A stretch of DNA of 63,349 nucleotides, filler included. It is 9 parts of 9 records of this genome, joined end to end, with 100 filler letters (N's around TTAATTAATTAA, not from the genome) between each part and the next. Parts side by side here need not be neighbours in the genome. Positions count along the whole stretch, not along the records: positions 37,877 to 43,319 come from SRR31156797_33246; positions 43,420 to 49,092 come from SRR31156797_33274; 7 more parts are not named here. One strand, given 5' to 3'. Shown one piece after another: positions 38,892 to 49,192 of the stretch. The stretch's first letter is position 1, and each line of letters begins with the position of its first letter. The position numbers were made by a program, and so were the translations under genes. The notes under the pieces are model-generated. The model saw only the letters and a list, made by a program, of their open reading frames with translations. It did not search any database and was not told the DNA's origin.

Positions 38892-40310
38892 ATGAGGAAA
38901 AATAATTCTATTCATATTTTTGTTACTTTGGTATTAATTGCCGGTTTTTTGGGAACTAGTATAACCAGCTATTTTGTTTCGAGAAGCTCAATTCGAAAAC
39001 AAATCACAGTTAAACAACTTCCCCTTACCAGTGATAATGTCTATTCTGAAGTTCAAAATGATTTGCTAAAACCTATATTCACCTCATCATTGATGGCTTC
39101 CGATACCTTTCTAAGGGATTGGTCATTAAGCGGAGAAAAAGATATCTCCAAAATAAAAAAATATCTTAATGAAATAAAAAATCAATATGGCGTTTTTAGC
39201 AGTTTTTTCGTTTCAGAAAGTACTAAAAATTATTATTATTCAGAAGGAATTCTTAAAAAAATAACTCCTTCAGAAAAACGTGATATTTGGTATTATCGAG
39301 TAAAAGATTTATTTGATAATTATGAAATCAATGTTGACCCTGATATGGCAAATAATGATTATCTAACTGTTTTTATCAACTACAAAGTTTTTGATTATGA
39401 GAAAAATTTTATAGGAGTTGCCGGAGTTGGTCTGCAAGTTGATAAAGTAAATAGAATCATTGCGAACTATCAGAGAAGATATAACAGCAGAATTCATTTT
39501 ATAGACAAAAATGGTAATATTAAATTGAGCAGTTCGAAATCACTTAACACCGCATACCATACTGAAATAAAAAAATATGAAATCAATGATACAGATTCAT
39601 ACAACATCAATACTTTTTCATATAAAGAGAATGGAGAAAACATACTCGTCAATATAAGGTATATTCCTGAACTTAATTGGTATCTAGTTGTGGAACAATC
39701 TGATAAAGATGATACAAAAGCACTATTGCATACTTTAATGTTTAATACGATAATTACTTTTTTAGTTAGTGCTCTTATAGTTCTAATTATAAATAATCAC
39801 TGGAGAAAGCATCAACTTCAATTGTTAGAAACGGCTTCTACAGACAAACTCACAGGAACATGTAACAGACAGGCATTTGATATAGAGATCAATTCTCTAC
39901 TTCAAAATTACAAAAAATCTAAATCAACATTTTCATTAATGATTTTTGATATTGATAATTTTAAGTATATTAATGATAATTACGGGCATCTAGCTGGTGA
40001 TTCCGTTATAAAAACTATATCTGATATACTTCTTGAAACTATTAAAGATAAATATAGTATATTTCGCTGGGGTGGAGATGAGTTTATTATTTTATTCAAG
40101 AATAAAAATCTTAGTCAATCTTATGAAATTGCTGAAAAAATAAGGACAAATATCTATAATAATAAAAACTTATCGAAAATGAAAACCAGTATTAGTAGCG
40201 GACTTACCGAATACAAGGATCACGCTTCGGTAGATGAACTTATCAAGGAAGCTGATGAGCTAATGTACAAAGCTAAAGCCAAAGGAAAAAATCAAACTGA
40301 AATTGAATAA
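38892..40310 (+). CDS. Cache-sensor diguanylate cyclase
   Basis: Two TMs flanking a Cache-like domain; DIDNFKYINDNYGH; RWGGDEF active site. Confidence 0.92.
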   Translation: MRKNNSIHIFVTLVLIAGFLGTSITSYFVSRSSIRKQITVKQLPLTSDNVYSEVQNDLLKPIFTSSLMASDTFLRDWSLSGEKDISKIKKYLNEIKNQYGVFSSFFVSESTKNYYYSEGILKKITPSEKRDIWYYRVKDLFDNYEINVDPDMANNDYLTVFINYKVFDYEKNFIGVAGVGLQVDKVNRIIANYQRRYNSRIHFIDKNGNIKLSSSKSLNTAYHTEIKKYEINDTDSYNINTFSYKENGENILVNIRYIPELNWYLVVEQSDKDDTKALLHTLMFNTIITFLVSALIVLIINNHWRKHQLQLLETASTDKLTGTCNRQAFDIEINSLLQNYKKSKSTFSLMIFDIDNFKYINDNYGHLAGDSVIKTISDILLETIKDKYSIFRWGGDEFIILFKNKNLSQSYEIAEKIRTNIYNNKNLSKMKTSISSGLTEYKDHASVDELIKEADELMYKAKAKGKNQTEIE

Positions 40311-40317
40311 AATCAAT

Positions 40318-40351
40318 AAAAACACAAAGATTAAATGTTCTTTGTGTTTTT
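40318..40351. terminator. Bidirectional terminator-like hairpin
   Basis: AAAAACACAAAGA-8 nt-TCTTTGTGTTTTT between convergent genes. Confidence 0.7.
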
Positions 40352-40541
40352 ATTTTCTAAGATTTCACTTCATTGTTAGTAAATATCATCATATCTATAA
40401 AAATATAAATTGTTGTTGCAAACAAAATTTCAATTATCCCGAGGGGCTCGTTGCACGTGCCCGGGCATGTACAGAGTGTAAACATGAACCTAGTTTTCTC
40501 AAATAATTATTATATTCTTTTCCCACTCTTGAAACTCTTTG

Positions 40542-41369
40542 TTATTTCCTATACTTCTTCTGCCCTATTATCTCCCTAAGTGTTATCTCCGGATGTGTAT
40601 ATCTCCTTCTTCCCTTAGTTTTTTCTCCATATTCTACCGCACATTTTGGACAATAGTTCAAACATGCCAAGCATTGCTGGCAATGATGCTGCCATACAGG
40701 TTGCTTTTCTTTTATGATAATATTATCTACCGGACAAATGTTTTCACATATCCCACAAGCATTACAACTACTTGTAACTCTAAACTCCCGATCTTTTTCA
40801 TTTACTTCTCTTACAAATTTAGCACTCCTTATTTTCCTCATAAATTTAATTGGCTCAATATCATAATGTTTACTCTGTTCTCTAATGATCTTAACTATCT
40901 GTTCAACTTTGAATTTCATGTTAATCAGTTTTTCCCATTCCAGCTCTTCCTGTGGAAGTTCACTCCACGTCGGATCATTAAAGGGCATATCTATATAAAA
41001 AGCTGAATCAAGTTTTCTATTATACTTTGTAAATATCTCGTTTGTATGATCAATACAGGCTGGTAAATGTTTTAGAATATTCCCTGCAAATCCGCCTACA
41101 TTCATTACACCTCTATTTGCAATCAGAAAAATATACTCTGTTTCACTTAAGTCAAGTCGTTCTAAAAATTCCAAAGCTATTTTGGGAAAACTTAAATAAT
41201 AAACCGGAAAAACAAAACCGACTTTTTTACCTAACTTTATTTCACTTTTTTCATTTTTCATCAATGGAACTATAGGAATCACTTCAGCTCCTCCTAACTT
41301 AAGCTTTAGCTCATTCGCTATTGCTAAAGAATTCCCAGTTCCGGTAAAATAATATATTTCATAACTCAT
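40542..41369 (-). CDS. EFR1-family flavodoxin-ferredoxin fusion
   Basis: YFTGTGNS flavodoxin loop; CNACGICENICP and CQQCLACLNYCP 4Fe-4S motifs. Confidence 0.9.
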   Translation of the reverse strand: MSYEIYYFTGTGNSLAIANELKLKLGGAEVIPIVPLMKNEKSEIKLGKKVGFVFPVYYLSFPKIALEFLERLDLSETEYIFLIANRGVMNVGGFAGNILKHLPACIDHTNEIFTKYNRKLDSAFYIDMPFNDPTWSELPQEELEWEKLINMKFKVEQIVKIIREQSKHYDIEPIKFMRKIRSAKFVREVNEKDREFRVTSSCNACGICENICPVDNIIIKEKQPVWQHHCQQCLACLNYCPKCAVEYGEKTKGRRRYTHPEITLREIIGQKKYRK

Positions 41370-41371
41370 CT

Positions 41372-42034
41372 CTATACCTCTTCTATTAATTCAACCACTG
41401 TTTTTGGTGTTCCCGGCGCTCCTCTTCTCATTTCAGCTCTTAACATTACGCCATCAGATTTTCTATACCAGTAATGTGCTCTCCAAAATATTGATCTCAT
41501 ATCCGGAAATGTTAATCTAACTTTTATCGTTTTTACTTCCTCGCCGTTTATCAGTAAAATCTCCTCTTTTTGTTTATAAAGTACCATCTCCATAAGAGCC
41601 ATCCCCTCTTTACCAGATAGTCTTTCATCGAAATTTTCACTTAAGAATACAAAATGTTTACTTCTATCCTTTCCTGTAATAAAACTTTTCCTTATATTTC
41701 CCAGTTGATACCATGACAGGCCCTCAAGCTCTTTTTCAAATTTACCTGATACAATTTTATCTTCTTTTTTTAGATACTTTAGAATATTACCGGATTTTTC
41801 TACTCTGTAGCCTACAGCTTCCTCTTTATCATTTTGCCAAACATCTAATGTTTTATCTTCAAATTTCCCGTGAATTCTTTTCCCTATTTCTTCTTCATAA
41901 ATCTCTAATGTGTAAAACTCTTTTTTCCCTTTTGTCGTTTCCCGATATTTCAATCTCTTCTCTAACACTTCATTTCCTCCAAACATATTTACTGACAAAA
42001 CTATAAATACTATTATTCCTGCTAATCTTTTCAT
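41372..42034 (-). CDS. Secreted hypothetical protein
   Basis: AGGAG RBS before ATG 42034, signal peptide, stop 2 nt before the ferredoxin gene. Confidence 0.7.
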   Translation of the reverse strand: MKRLAGIIVFIVLSVNMFGGNEVLEKRLKYRETTKGKKEFYTLEIYEEEIGKRIHGKFEDKTLDVWQNDKEEAVGYRVEKSGNILKYLKKEDKIVSGKFEKELEGLSWYQLGNIRKSFITGKDRSKHFVFLSENFDERLSGKEGMALMEMVLYKQKEEILLINGEEVKTIKVRLTFPDMRSIFWRAHYWYRKSDGVMLRAEMRRGAPGTPKTVVELIEEV

Positions 42035-42311
42035 TTTTACCACTCCTTTTTTAAGACACATTTTTTGGCTTTCGCCTCTGACAATAGTAATTTACTCTAT
42101 ATTTCTACTTATTAAAATCGGGATTCCACCCTAAAATAGAAAAAAACAGAAATAGGGAACCTCCACTACTTCTATTTTTATTTAGTTTTATGATACTGTA
42201 TCAATCAATTTTTTATATTTTCAGTTTTAATCTTTAGAATTTTTCAACATAAAAGTTTAAATTATATTAAATATTCTTATAAAATTTTAATCTATTCTTT
42301 ACAAAATTTCA

Positions 42312-42340
42312 TTGACAACAAACAAAATATTTTGTATAAT
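42312..42340 (+). promoter_or_regulatory. Consensus sigma70 promoter of the FNT gene
   Basis: TTGACA-17 nt-TATAAT, a perfect match. Confidence 0.85.
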
Positions 42341-42409
42341 TTCAAGTACTTTGTTTTATATATCTTAACATTGTTAAATAATTTTAAATTTTTATATAGG
42401 AGGAAAGAA

Positions 42410-43228
42410 ATGAAAGAATCAAAAACTTTATTTCTTACACCAAACGAATCGATTGAGCAGGTTATCAAAATGGGAATTAAAAAAGGTAACACTTCTGCTA
42501 AAAAAATCTTTATACTTGGTGTACTTGCTGGTATGTTTATTGGTCTGGCGTATGTAGGTTATATGACTGTTACTCAAACGCTTGGAGGTTTTGACAAAGG
42601 TTTTGCTAAATTTATGGGTGCATGTGTATTCCCGGTAGGGATTATGTTAGTACTTTTTATTGGTGGATCTTTATTTACAGGTAACAACTTGATGGGTGTA
42701 GCGTATCTTGACAAGAAAATCAGTATTGGTCAAATTGCTAAAAACTGGAGTGTTGTTTGGTTAGGAAACTTTGTTGGATGTTTTTTACTTGCAGTTATTG
42801 CATATTACGGAGGAGTGTTCGACGGGATTCATATGAAGGAAGCTGCTGTACATTTAGCTGAGCACAAAGCTCACCTGAATTTTGTAAATGCTCTTTTCAG
42901 CGGATTCTTATGTAACTTAGTTGTTTCAACAGCTGTTTGGATGACTCTTTGTGGTACTGATCTGTCTGGTAAAATTTTAGCTTCTTGGTTCCCGATTATG
43001 TTATTTGCCTTATCTGGGTATCAACATTCAGTTGCAAATATGTTCTGTTTAAGTATCGGTAAAATTTTAGCACCACAAGCTTTCACTTTAGGACAAGCTT
43101 TCTTTAATAATTTATTACCTGTTACTATTGGTAATGCTTTATCTGGTGGTATCTTTATCCCGGTTATTTATTACTACTTATATGGTAAGAAAAAAACTGA
43201 AGCTAATCTTGCTGCTGCAAAAAATTAA
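42410..43228 (+). CDS. Formate/nitrite transporter (FocA/NirC family)
   Basis: VFPVG, LFTGN, GNFVG, GFLCN, GYQHSVANM, TIGN motifs; AGGAGG RBS. Confidence 0.95.
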   Translation: MKESKTLFLTPNESIEQVIKMGIKKGNTSAKKIFILGVLAGMFIGLAYVGYMTVTQTLGGFDKGFAKFMGACVFPVGIMLVLFIGGSLFTGNNLMGVAYLDKKISIGQIAKNWSVVWLGNFVGCFLLAVIAYYGGVFDGIHMKEAAVHLAEHKAHLNFVNALFSGFLCNLVVSTAVWMTLCGTDLSGKILASWFPIMLFALSGYQHSVANMFCLSIGKILAPQAFTLGQAFFNNLLPVTIGNALSGGIFIPVIYYYLYGKKKTEANLAAAKN

Positions 43229-43419
43229 ATTAATATAATATATTTACCGTAGGGAGGCTGACCGAAAAGTCTTTACCCGAATGTGAGCAATAGGTTTCTC
43301 CTGACTTGAGGAGAAACCGNNNNNNNNNNNNNNNNNNNNNNNNNNNNNNNNNNNNNNNNNNNNTTAATTAATTAANNNNNNNNNNNNNNNNNNNNNNNNN
43401 NNNNNNNNNNNNNNNNNNN

Positions 43420-45336
43420 AATGCCATGTTTATCATCCTCTCCGTAAATGGTCCAAATTTCTTCCAGGGTAAAAGCTTTACCATCGTGTAAATATGGTGC
43501 CGATGCATAAATGTTATTCAAGTGAGGTGTATCGAATAACATTGAGTCGTCGGTTGCTGCAAGCGTTCCTACATCGAACATTTGGAAATTGGAATAATAC
43601 GGTGCCGGGTGACAAGTAACGCATCGATCCAGTTCGGCAATTTCATTTCCATTATTATCTACCGTTCTTTCAAATATCTCTTTCCCACGTTTTTGAGATT
43701 CGGTTAGTTCGCCATTAGGATTGTGCATCAGGTTTGGAGGTGCTTTTATATCGGTTAAAATATACGAAACCAGCGCATCCAAATCGGGATAACTAAACTG
43801 TTCTGTTCGTGTTAACACCGTTGAGAACCGCATGCCATCCTGTTTGTAAACGGTTTGATTTTTCCCATTCCATTTAAAAGGAGCTGTACCATTTATTTCT
43901 CTTAACGACTGTGTATTTGTTGTGTTTCGTCCCATATCTTTTCCGGCCATATTATAAATCAAACCATCTTCGTGCGAATCGGGATGACATGTATAACAGG
44001 CATACTGATTTTGGAAAGTACCGGCAGCACTGCTAAAAACCCTTCTTCCTTTTCGGGCAACTGTAATCCGTTCGGGTCCACCCAAATCTATTTGATTTAT
44101 CGATTCCAATGTTTCAGTATTTATCACATTTACTTTATCGTTTAAATGCTCAGCCACATATAAATAAGCGCCATCGGGTGAAATTGCCATCCCCTTTGGA
44201 TTATGCCCGGTTGGAATTCGTTTTATTATATAACGGCTGCTGAGGCCAAGATTATTTGCCAGGATTTCCAGATCTTCGTTAACCGATTCCTTTAATATGG
44301 TCCGAACAGAATCCAATGAAATTACCGAAATACAATCGACACCAGCACTGGAGACAAAAGCTTTTTTCCCATTGGGTGTGATTACGATATCAAAAGGATC
44401 GGAATAGTAAGAATTTGGCTCGTCGAGTAGCAACTGAATTATTCGTCCTTCACCGGATTGTTCTATAATTCCAAAACCATGATTCATCATCCACCCTCCT
44501 TCAACCTGAACGGTAGGAACATTATTTTTGGGTCGAATTAAAACCATTAATGCCAGGTCTCCGGTTGGTGTAAATGTAATGTTCTCCATTAAATAGGCCG
44601 ATTCTATACCCAACGCTTTTGAAACTCTTTGGTTTTTCCCATTTATTTCCATAACATCGGTAACCAAAGGTTCGCCAAAATGAACCATGTGCCCGCGTCG
44701 GCTGGAAACATATAGTTTTTCACCCCCGGGAGAAATTGCCATTCCCGTAGGATCATTTCCTGCCGGTAATCTTTTTATTTCCTGTTTATTTTCAAGATTT
44801 ATTACTGAAAGATCGGATCCAAATGTATTGACTACATACAGCAAACTTCCATCTTTACTTAATGATAGTCCGGATGGGCCATTTCCTGTTTTAAGCGTAT
44901 CAACAACTTCATATTTTTCAAGATTGATAACAGAAACATTATCTGACCACTGATTACTCACATATGCAAAGTCTCCTTCATTGGAAAGCACAATGCTGTG
45001 CGGATGGTTTCCTACTTTAATTTTATTGATAACACTGTTTCCTTTTGCATCTACAACAATTAGTTCTCCGGCATCCTGTGCCACAACAAACAAAAGATTG
45101 CCGTCGTTTGATACCACTAAATTATATGGAGACAGATAATCTTCTTTGTTAAAAAGTTTATTTGCCAAACTGTTTTCCTGTATATAAAAATGGCAGGATG
45201 TGCAGTTTAGTGGATGATCATCGACTGCCGTTTGATAATTTACATGCTCCCGCGCAAAATACCTTCCGGGAAAATAGATTAATAATCCCAGAACTACAAT
45301 TACAGCTAATACTGTGAATAATTTTGATACTTTCAT
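43420..45336 (-). CDS. N-terminal haem-c + YVTN beta-propeller + di-haem CCP/MauG-like protein (HzsB-HzsC fusion-like), 3' truncated
   Basis: CTSCH near the N-terminal anchor; repeated YVxN..VSVI..G..P propeller blades; CYTCH, TAPFKWNG, CVTCH, FDTPHL..SAPYLHDG. Confidence 0.8.
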
Positions 45337-45338
45337 AA

Positions 45339-46760
45339 CTATTCCAACTCTACTTTAAATTCAGTTATTCCTTCAATTTCTTTTGGAATAAACACAGGAT
45401 CTTTCTTTACTGAAAGTGGTTGTCTGTTAAAAGGTGAAATTTCATTTCCTGAATGACAGCCCACACATCCCCGACGTTCGTTTGGTCGCATATACATCCA
45501 TGCTCCTGGCCCACTTACATTTTCACCATTAGCTGTTAACGTTTGCAACCTAAACGGAGTATCGGCCAAAATTTTTATATAAAAAGAACCATCTGTTTCC
45601 ACATTCACAACCCCAATTGTTGAATCGATTCCCATAATTGCAACCTTTTCTGCTTTTAGCTTTTCAGGATTATTATCTCCCAATTCAGTTCCATAAAAAT
45701 TTATATCCTGGCACATTAGCAATCCGGTTTTTACTCCCATATTTACTTCACTGGGTAAATTTCTTGGTCGTTCGCGTTGAATAACTTCAACTGCATCACC
45801 AATGTTAAATCCTTCCTTTTTGTAAATTAATGAAAGCTGAGAAGTTTCATCATCTAACTTATAGAGAGAATAATTGTCAGCGTTATTGTTGCGGAAAGCT
45901 ACCAAAAATCCTCCCGATTGAGATGGATGAACATTACTAAAATTGCCTTCAATATCAGATGATATATTTATATTGCTTTTTAGCGGACGATTATAATCAA
46001 CCGAAATTAAATCTCCTTTGCCTTCATTGGATTCGACAAATACAATTTTTCCATTTTGTGTTTCCTTTACCCGACTTATGATTTTACCATTTCTCTGATG
46101 TTCGCAAAACAATTCTAGTTTTGTGCCATCAGGTCGCATGACCATTATTTTATCATTGTTTTTTTCTGGGAAAACCTGTTGGCTTATTGTAATTATCCGG
46201 CCATCATTAAGAATATTCGAAGCCAAATAGGTATTTGGATTAAACGTAATTTGTCGAAAGTCAGTTCCATCCAGATTTCCAGTAAAAAGTGTATAAGCTG
46301 TTTTTACTGTATCGTTGTTTAGTTTACGGCTAAATACAAATCTTCCTCCGGGCAAATATACCGGACTAACACAATTTTCATTAAAAAATGTTATTTGTGA
46401 AGCCTTGCGGTTGGATAAATTCATATGCCAGATTTGCCATGTCGCACCCGGTTCTTTTTGCGCCGAAAAAAGCATGGATTTCCCGTCGTATGAAACGGAA
46501 GGCGAAACGGCAGAAGTAAAATCTTCTGTAAGACTTAAAACTTCATTTCTCTTCTGATCGGGATTTATTGCCATGATTTGAGATTCCTGAAGAGTTACTA
46601 GTGAATTCAAATCACTTTTCCCTGTTTCTGTTTTTTCTGCCGGAATTTGTGTAAACACAATCATTCCATCCTGTGGTTTATTATTACATGAAAAAAAACC
46701 AACAATAAATAAAACAAAAACCCATTCTTTCAAATATTTCAATGAAATGTTTCTTGTCAT
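45339..46760 (-). CDS. Hydrazine synthase alpha-subunit-like lipoprotein (PD40/TolB-like propeller + HZS alpha middle domain, one haem c)
   Basis: Lipobox FFSC; PSVSYDGKSMLFS propeller; VETDGSFYIKILADTPFRLQTL...WMYMRPNERRGCVGCH. Confidence 0.75.
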   Translation of the reverse strand: MTRNISLKYLKEWVFVLFIVGFFSCNNKPQDGMIVFTQIPAEKTETGKSDLNSLVTLQESQIMAINPDQKRNEVLSLTEDFTSAVSPSVSYDGKSMLFSAQKEPGATWQIWHMNLSNRKASQITFFNENCVSPVYLPGGRFVFSRKLNNDTVKTAYTLFTGNLDGTDFRQITFNPNTYLASNILNDGRIITISQQVFPEKNNDKIMVMRPDGTKLELFCEHQRNGKIISRVKETQNGKIVFVESNEGKGDLISVDYNRPLKSNINISSDIEGNFSNVHPSQSGGFLVAFRNNNADNYSLYKLDDETSQLSLIYKKEGFNIGDAVEVIQRERPRNLPSEVNMGVKTGLLMCQDINFYGTELGDNNPEKLKAEKVAIMGIDSTIGVVNVETDGSFYIKILADTPFRLQTLTANGENVSGPGAWMYMRPNERRGCVGCHSGNEISPFNRQPLSVKKDPVFIPKEIEGITEFKVELE

Positions 46761-46769
46761 AATAAAATA

Positions 46770-48443
46770 CTATTCCGGTTCATCAACTGTTACTACCTGG
46801 TTTACTTTTACATTCTCTAAGGTTTGCAATTTACCGGAAGGCCACTTTATTTCTATTTTTTCAATATTATCGGCATCGGCAATCCCAAAATGCACTCTTG
46901 AATCGTTTTGCGACAAGTAACCTGTAGTACTCTTCACTTGTGCAATCTGTGTTTTTCCTCCTGCGGTAATTTTAATTCTTGCTCCTACTCCGTCGCGATT
47001 ACTTGAATGTCCTACCAGTTTAAGAAGTATCCAATTATTTTCCTGCCCTTTGTTGTTGCGTAAGAACTTACTTTGCCCGTTTAAATTCAAAATAAAAACA
47101 TCAATATCTCCATCATTATCATAGTCGCCTAGACAGGCACCTCTTCCAACAAATTCTTCTCTAAAATAGCTACTCAAATTTACCGAAACATCGCTGAATT
47201 TACCATTACCCAAATTCTCAAACATTTGATCTTCGTGCCCGTATAAATGTTTCGTTTCTCCATTCGATTTAAAAATGTCTACATCGCCATCGTTATCGTA
47301 ATCAATAAAAGAAGACGACCAGCCAACAAACTGCCCCGATGCAATTGAAATTCCTGAAACGTACGATTTATCGCTAAACACTCCATTTCCTAAGTTTTCG
47401 TATAAAGAGCAATAGTTATCATCTGAAATAAACATATCCAACAACTCGTCGCCATTAAAATCGGCAAAATCTACCGACATGCTAACGGTGGCTTCTCCGG
47501 CCTGGCTAAAACCTGTCCCCGACATTGTCCCTTTATTTGTAAAACTCCCACCTCCGTTATTATGCCATAAATAATTCACAGTATGGTCGTTGGCAACATA
47601 AATATCGACATAACCATCGTCGTTATAATCGGCAGCTCCAACTCCCATCGCCCGGCCATCGACATCTGTAATTCCCATTTCTTCTGTTACATCTTCGAAA
47701 GTGCCATTTCCAAGATTACGATATAAAATATCGGGTTGACTATCGTATGCCAGTGGTCCGGGAAAACCATCGGGTGCATAAAAATAGTTGTACTCGGGAT
47801 CGAAACTGAGGTAGTTTCCAACATAAAGATCCAGGAATCCGTCGTTATCAAAATCAAGCCAAACCGCACCAACACTAAATTGTTCTTCTTCGCCTCCAAC
47901 TTTGGCTCGTTTTGTAACATCGTCGAATGTTCCGTTTCCATTATTCTTATACAGCACATTTTCGCCATAATTGGAAACAAATAAATCGGGATATCCATCG
48001 TTATTATAATCGCCAACAGTAACACCCATGCTATACCACGGACCTCCAACACCGGCCTTTTGGGTAACATCTTCAAAAGTTCCGTTTCCAAGATTGTGAT
48101 ACAAACGATTACCCGGCAAATTATCCGGTTTTTCTTCGTCGCTTAATCCTTCAATCCAAGTTCCACTGCATGTGTAAAGATCGATAAATCCATCCTGATC
48201 GAAATCGAGAAATGCAGCTCCCGAACCGCTCGATTCTACAATATTATTTAATTCATCGTCGCCCAGTGAATGAATAAAATCCAAACCAATTTCTTCTCCT
48301 ATTTGCTGAAAATACTCGTTGTTTGAAGGTGGTGGTTCTTTAATTTCCTGTTGAGATTCGGAATGCGTATTGTTGTTCGAATTACACCCAATAAGGATGA
48401 TAATAAAGACGATAAGAATAGTATAGTTATAGTTTAATTTCAT
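46770..48443 (-). CDS. CRTAC1-family FG-GAP propeller + ASPIC/UnbV lipoprotein
   Basis: Lipobox LIGC; multiple D(F/Y)xxDGxxD repeats; SNRDGVGARI, GYLSQNDSRVHFG, IKWPSG. Confidence 0.92.
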   Translation of the reverse strand: MKLNYNYTILIVFIIILIGCNSNNNTHSESQQEIKEPPPSNNEYFQQIGEEIGLDFIHSLGDDELNNIVESSGSGAAFLDFDQDGFIDLYTCSGTWIEGLSDEEKPDNLPGNRLYHNLGNGTFEDVTQKAGVGGPWYSMGVTVGDYNNDGYPDLFVSNYGENVLYKNNGNGTFDDVTKRAKVGGEEEQFSVGAVWLDFDNDGFLDLYVGNYLSFDPEYNYFYAPDGFPGPLAYDSQPDILYRNLGNGTFEDVTEEMGITDVDGRAMGVGAADYNDDGYVDIYVANDHTVNYLWHNNGGGSFTNKGTMSGTGFSQAGEATVSMSVDFADFNGDELLDMFISDDNYCSLYENLGNGVFSDKSYVSGISIASGQFVGWSSSFIDYDNDGDVDIFKSNGETKHLYGHEDQMFENLGNGKFSDVSVNLSSYFREEFVGRGACLGDYDNDGDIDVFILNLNGQSKFLRNNKGQENNWILLKLVGHSSNRDGVGARIKITAGGKTQIAQVKSTTGYLSQNDSRVHFGIADADNIEKIEIKWPSGKLQTLENVKVNQVVTVDEPE

Positions 48444-49192
48444 ACTGCAATAATAATTATTCTCTTTAAACATTTCAACTTTTCAATTAATTAGTTTAGC
48501 CCCATTTCAAGAAAAAAACAATTTTTAACTCTACCTCAAAATCAACAGAAAATAAATACATTAAATAGAATTTCTACTTTAAATATCCGTTGATCAGACT
48601 ACCATTGCAAACCAAACAAATATAACATATGTTCGATTAATAAAAAATATTTATTACTCTCGATCCGCATTTATTGCACATTCCGTGGACAAAACAAAAG
48701 ATGTATTGGAACTTTTAATCTACTACCTTTTTGTAATATTTACAACTCTAAAACTTTATACACCGTACAAAATCAGCATTTTTAGAAATAAAAAAGCTCT
48801 ACCATTCATTATAAAAAATTCTACAGAAAAAATATTAACTAAAATCATTATAAATATTCAATCTGCATTACCGGATTCAACTGCGTTAATTTTGGGTACA
48901 AAAAGCTCCATAAGTAATTGAATAAAAACAACTGCTATTTTTAAAATTCTTAAATAATATCGACTTATTTTTTAATTGCCTAGTTCTCTAAAACCAATTC
49001 ATTATTTCATTCGAATTTTGCAAAATGAAAAGGGACAATCCTTTCCATGGTTCAATAATCTCATAAGTTTTTCTACATTTGTGCCGGAATTANNNNNNNN
49101 NNNNNNNNNNNNNNNNNNNNNNNNNNNNNNNNNNNNTTAATTAATTAANNNNNNNNNNNNNNNNNNNNNNNNNNNNNNNNNNNNNNNNNNNN

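Noticed and set aside
42040-42180. Possible riboswitch (GGCGAAAGCC hairpin) upstream of the 42034 gene
   Set aside because: No recognisable aptamer consensus beyond a GNRA hairpin
43248-43319. Possible IS end or REP at the contig edge (GAGGCTGACCGAAAAG, GGTTTCTCC..GGAGAAACC hairpin)
   Set aside because: Truncated, with no partner repeat or transposase visible
43420-46760. Calling these genes bona fide hzsA/B/C (evidence of anammox)
   Set aside because: The alpha-like chain is short with one haem and lacks the Tyr after CxxCH; gene context and sequence style do not look like anammox
48444-49092. Long AT-rich region and the 78-aa ORF 48685-48921
   Set aside because: No coding or RNA signature found; probably the promoter region of the hzs-like operon
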